A model generated the notes under the pieces. That model worked only from the letters and a program-made list of their open reading frames with translations. It was not told the origin of the DNA and ran no database searches. A stretch of 64,000 nucleotides of DNA from Enoplolaimus lenunculus (lineage: Eukaryota). The position numbers and the translations under genes are program-made. Below are positions 59,874 through 64,000 of this stretch, piece by piece; the stretch's first letter is position 1; each line of letters opens with the position of its first letter. The stretch covers positions 186,001 to 250,000 of the forward strand of contig JASANG010001128.1 of the NCBI GenBank assembly GCA_030248215.1. The letters are read 5' to 3'.

Positions 59874-62800
59874 CTAATCTTTTAGCAAACAAGCCACACC
59901 AGCTAAACACTCCAAACTTGCGTACGCAACCACTCCATCAGCATTTGCATACCTCCCTACATCTACATCATCACTCGATTTGGTAAAATACCGCAACTGA
60001 TTCGCCATACACATTTTACCAAGCTCACTCCAATCACTATCACTCCTGCTTGAAATATCACCAGCGTTACTGTCATCAGTCGGCGATATATAACCTTTAC
60101 AAGCGTTATCCAGAAACCACTGCCACGACACCACACCTCCACCTAACGACAACAGAACCGCATGCGGCCCACACGTATCCCATTGAAATGTATTCGGTTT
60201 GGTGCATATATAAATATGTGCTGCGCCAACGGCGACACAACTCAGTTTATGTCCAGCTCCGGCCGCCGCTACCATTATAACATTTGGTGCCTTAGCTAAT
60301 TTGGCAAGATTTGAATCACAGTTTGTAAGATCTTCCGAAGCGCTATGTAAAATAATTAACCCATCTGTCGTGTTTCTACAAGTAACTGCTTGATGGCATA
60401 AATTGTGACACTTTTGACTTTCAGTTGCGAATCCCCAGATTGCTGTTTGATTAAATCTGAAACGAAGCGTTAATAATAAGGGCGTGAAATTTGTATCTGG
60501 CTAATTAAGCAAATGCTCGATGGGTCTGATGGAATGTGGCTCACTCAACAAAATGAAAAATTCGCGGTTATGTATTATTTTTCTGTATAGTCAGCAGTAC
60601 GTTGGCTTATATCAAAATGTCAGAACAAGCTTCACACGCAGGACTTGGTTTGGAGTCCGTAGTGAGGAAATTTCAGGCGGGCTCACAAAAAATATTCTGG
60701 GCGGTAGTATTTCGAGGGAGATAATAAGAAATTCCACGGGGAAGGTGCCATAAATCTATTAGCTTTATGAAACCGACATTTGGTGAAATAGCTAAACTCG
60801 AACCAGTACACAATATATTAGGGTGCAAACGGAATTTATGTCTCAACAGCGATATCTGCATACAGCCAGTCAATACCTGCTCTAGCATTCAAATATACAG
60901 AATCAGCGATATTTACGGAATCGTGGTAAAATATGAATACACATTTTGAGAGGTAAGCGTAATTTAATTGAATGAAATTTTTAAATTTTCTCTCAAAAAC
61001 TGGGCAGGGAGAGGAATCCTCGCGCCCCTTCCGTGTACGCCAAAAGCCAGGACCGATTTTTAGTGCCAATCCAGCTACACGTATATGTAAATGATACTTT
61101 ACAGCTTGAAACAACTTGCTGATCAATAATCGATTTGAAAACAGAATATTTATCGATGACATAGCAGTAGTATCTAATCTCCTGTAATGTTTCACACACT
61201 ACATAGAGAGCGTTACCAAATGATTACTGCAGCTATCCAGCGCATTAAACGCCAATGAACCCACATTCTGTATGACAATTCACAAAGTTACCTCTGACCT
61301 CCACCTGGGCGAAAGCTACAAAACTTGTAATAACTTTTCCTAAATTGTATACACAAACTGAAAACAGGGCTGTACAAGTATACTGACATAAAAACCATGA
61401 AATAAACCTAGTATACCTGCCATATTCAGCTCTCGGATACGGCCGACCAATTACACCCAGCAATGGCAGTTGCGACTGTTTATCAAACACTCCAATCAAA
61501 ACAGTGACACATTCAAGTGAATCTCGAGCAATTTCTACTTCAGTACTTGCGGTTGGATTACAATTATTTGATTGTTGAGGCTTGCCAGAAATATACACGT
61601 TAGTTCCATCTGAAATCAACAACAAATATGTGACTACGATAAACGCCGCTATGAAGTAAATACTTACCACAGGGGAGCACTACAATACCAAAGTATATGT
61701 TTAAAGGATGTCATAAAGTAAATGAATATCTTATGACTGAATCTCTGGTCCGAAAAATTAATAGCTTTTATCTAAAGCCGGCTAAAAAGGATATAGAGAT
61801 TAGATTTGAATACAAGCCGGAGATGTCCCAGACCACGATTTTACACCCGTTCCAGAGAGGACACCTTTGCACGTAGCATCAACTATAGTTGAAAGACCCT
61901 GCTCATAAACAAACCCTTCCTATATTTCTTGAAATACACTGTATACAACATACGCAAAAAATATAACAAAACTAACTGCAACAATTAATCAAAACATCAA
62001 AGCCTATTCTAACTAAAACCAACCGATAGGATCTATCCAAATACCAAGCGGCGGAAGCTTATCGTTTTCGGAACACTTTTCCTTCAAAAGCAATTGAACC
62101 GATTCTTTTAATGTCTCATCGCTGCCCACACTTGTCACTGCATCTGTTAGCAATTTAGCAGCGCCAGCGTCGCCGTCCAGAACAACCGTCAACCTCTCTG
62201 GTAAAGAATAATATCACAAAATTGGTAAATTAGGGCAGGAATTTTATTGAAACAATAAATTTAATCGGCTATTTTTTGCGGTATATATAAAACAGGACCT
62301 GTTGGATACATAAAATTAGCGACTGTAAACATTCAAAACAATTTTACTTTCGTCCGCGATAAGCAACTAATATATAACTTCTGCAATAAACCCACAAATC
62401 GTTGCCAAGTCATCCAGACACCTTCATATTTGATAAAACTAAATTTTTTTACGTCAAGCACTAGTTCCATGGTCTACAAATTACCAATCAACGACTGTTT
62501 ATCATCGTTAACAGCCACGGAAATGTGGTCACTTGGCTTGTTGGGATTCGCAAATTCGGCTGATTCTTCACCAAAAACAGCGCCGTGAAGTCCTGGAAAC
62601 TGAAACGAATCAAGCAATGACCAGGAGGCAACCGGAGTTACAATTTACCGGAACGGGGACCGGAACCGTAATTTGAACAAATTACCGGAAACGGAACCGG
62701 AAAATGAAAAATACGTCACCAAATAATTCATTTTAATTTTCTTTTTTGCAATATTATTGGTGAAATAATCCTTAGTTGGAAATAGGTATTCACTTTATCT

Positions 62801-63527
62801 GCTGTATTTTATATTTGACTTATCTACTGACGCGAACGTACCTTCGACGGTATATTTTCGGCGATTGTCAAGGTTTATATACTATACAAATGAAATTACT
62901 TAATTTTTTATCGTCATTTTTAGTATAAAATATCTTAATTCCCACAGACTAAAAATTTACATCGGAATTTTTCATTCCGGTAAAAAATTAACATAACCGG
63001 AACCGAAGTTCCGGTTGCACTCTGGCAATGACTTTGCCATTAATAATAACGTTCATTTGCTTTTCCTTAGGACCAAATTCTCGCCTTTCAAAACCCAAAC
63101 GTTTTAACAGCAAGGGCGTTTCGTCTTGTCAAAATTTTCGCGCTCCATATATATTACGCTTAAAAATAAATAGGTTGCACCATAAGTTTCCGACACAAAT
63201 CCGGACGCAAACTTTGACTCCCATTGCATTGCAATATATAGCTTTTAAATGTAAATCATTTTAAACTTGTTTTACGCTTAAAAACATGCATCCGCAAAAT
63301 CTATTTACCTTGGTTTCAAGCTCATATCGCACCATTTCTTGAATAAGAACATCGGCAAGGGTCTTGAAATCTTGCACAAATCGCTGATTTTTATGTTCGT
63401 CTGTTTTCTCTTCAATAAGTAGCGCAAACAATTGAGGCTGTAAGCGTATTGTTTGTGCCAAATGAATTGCGCGATACGTTAGAGACAGAATGGTTTCAAG
63501 CAAATCGTGTAGGGCTAATTCCTGCAT
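59874..63527 (-). CDS. INPP1: Inositol polyphosphate 1-phosphatase (inositol monophosphatase superfamily), 5 exons, 427 aa
   Basis: Exons 63527-63309, 62599-62485, 62197-62024, 61609-61417, 60456-59874; 1284 nt, GT-AG, in phase. Motifs: LFALLIEEK...KNQRFVQDFKTLADVLIQE (INPP1-type N-terminus), FPGL..AVFGEES, GIWIDPIDGT, VTVLIGVFD, AAGAGHK, TFQWDTCGPHAVLLSLGGG. Confidence 0.93.
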
Positions 63528-64000
63528 GATTCCTTTAAATAAGAAAAAATTATAAGCACATTTTCTACAATTTTCTTGAAACAATGCAACAAGCGATACT
63601 AAAATGTTTCTCGACTTTAACCTAAACTGCTAGTCTTTGACGTTCTAACGAAATATATTTAGAAGTACGCCTAGCTAAGTAGTTTCTTTTCAATACTTTG
63701 GCCTCAATAAAGAGTGGAGCCGACTCCAAGAAATAGTCCCCGGGTATCTTTTCATGAAGTCCTATTTTCATAATACTCTTGTGTAAAAATGACCACAAAT
63801 GAAAACAGGCCCCTCGGTCATTTTAACACGGCCATGACCCTCGTTTCAATCTAGCCAAACGTTGCAGCAGGAATGAGTAGAAACTGCTTGCTTAGTAAAC
63901 CTGCTAACTATAACGCCCTTGGTAGAGAGCGTCACCATGATTTTATTATTTAATACACTTGCAGATGCCTATGTGTGGCACTGTAAGATTAGTGAAATGG

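Overview
Eukaryotic, AT-rich, intron-rich genomic DNA. It is probably from a nematode: this is inferred from abundant TTAGGC telomere-type hexamers and TTTCAG-type acceptors, and the species cannot be determined. Five spliced genes were reconstructed by hand with GT-AG junctions and consistent intron phases. (1) The 3' 12 exons of a DLC1/STARD13-family RhoGAP-START gene (+, 5221-15645). (2) A complete 5-exon secreted fibrinogen-related domain protein (+, 22869-30366, 259 aa). (3) An atypical two-pore K+ channel-like gene whose second pore filter is degenerate and whose start codon lies in the last unit of a 190-bp tandem array (+, 37269-41299). (4) An unrecognised single-pass glycoprotein (-, 42303-49093, possibly extending to 55560). 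(5) Inositol polyphosphate 1-phosphatase INPP1 (-, 59874-63527, 427 aa). Introns and intergenic DNA are densely filled with non-autonomous DNA transposons. The most striking is a family of about 30 or more short elements with GGCC termini and 8-bp target-site duplications (Merlin-like by inference) that carry telomeric TTAGGC repeats internally. Most short ORFs in the supplied track are repeat artefacts.
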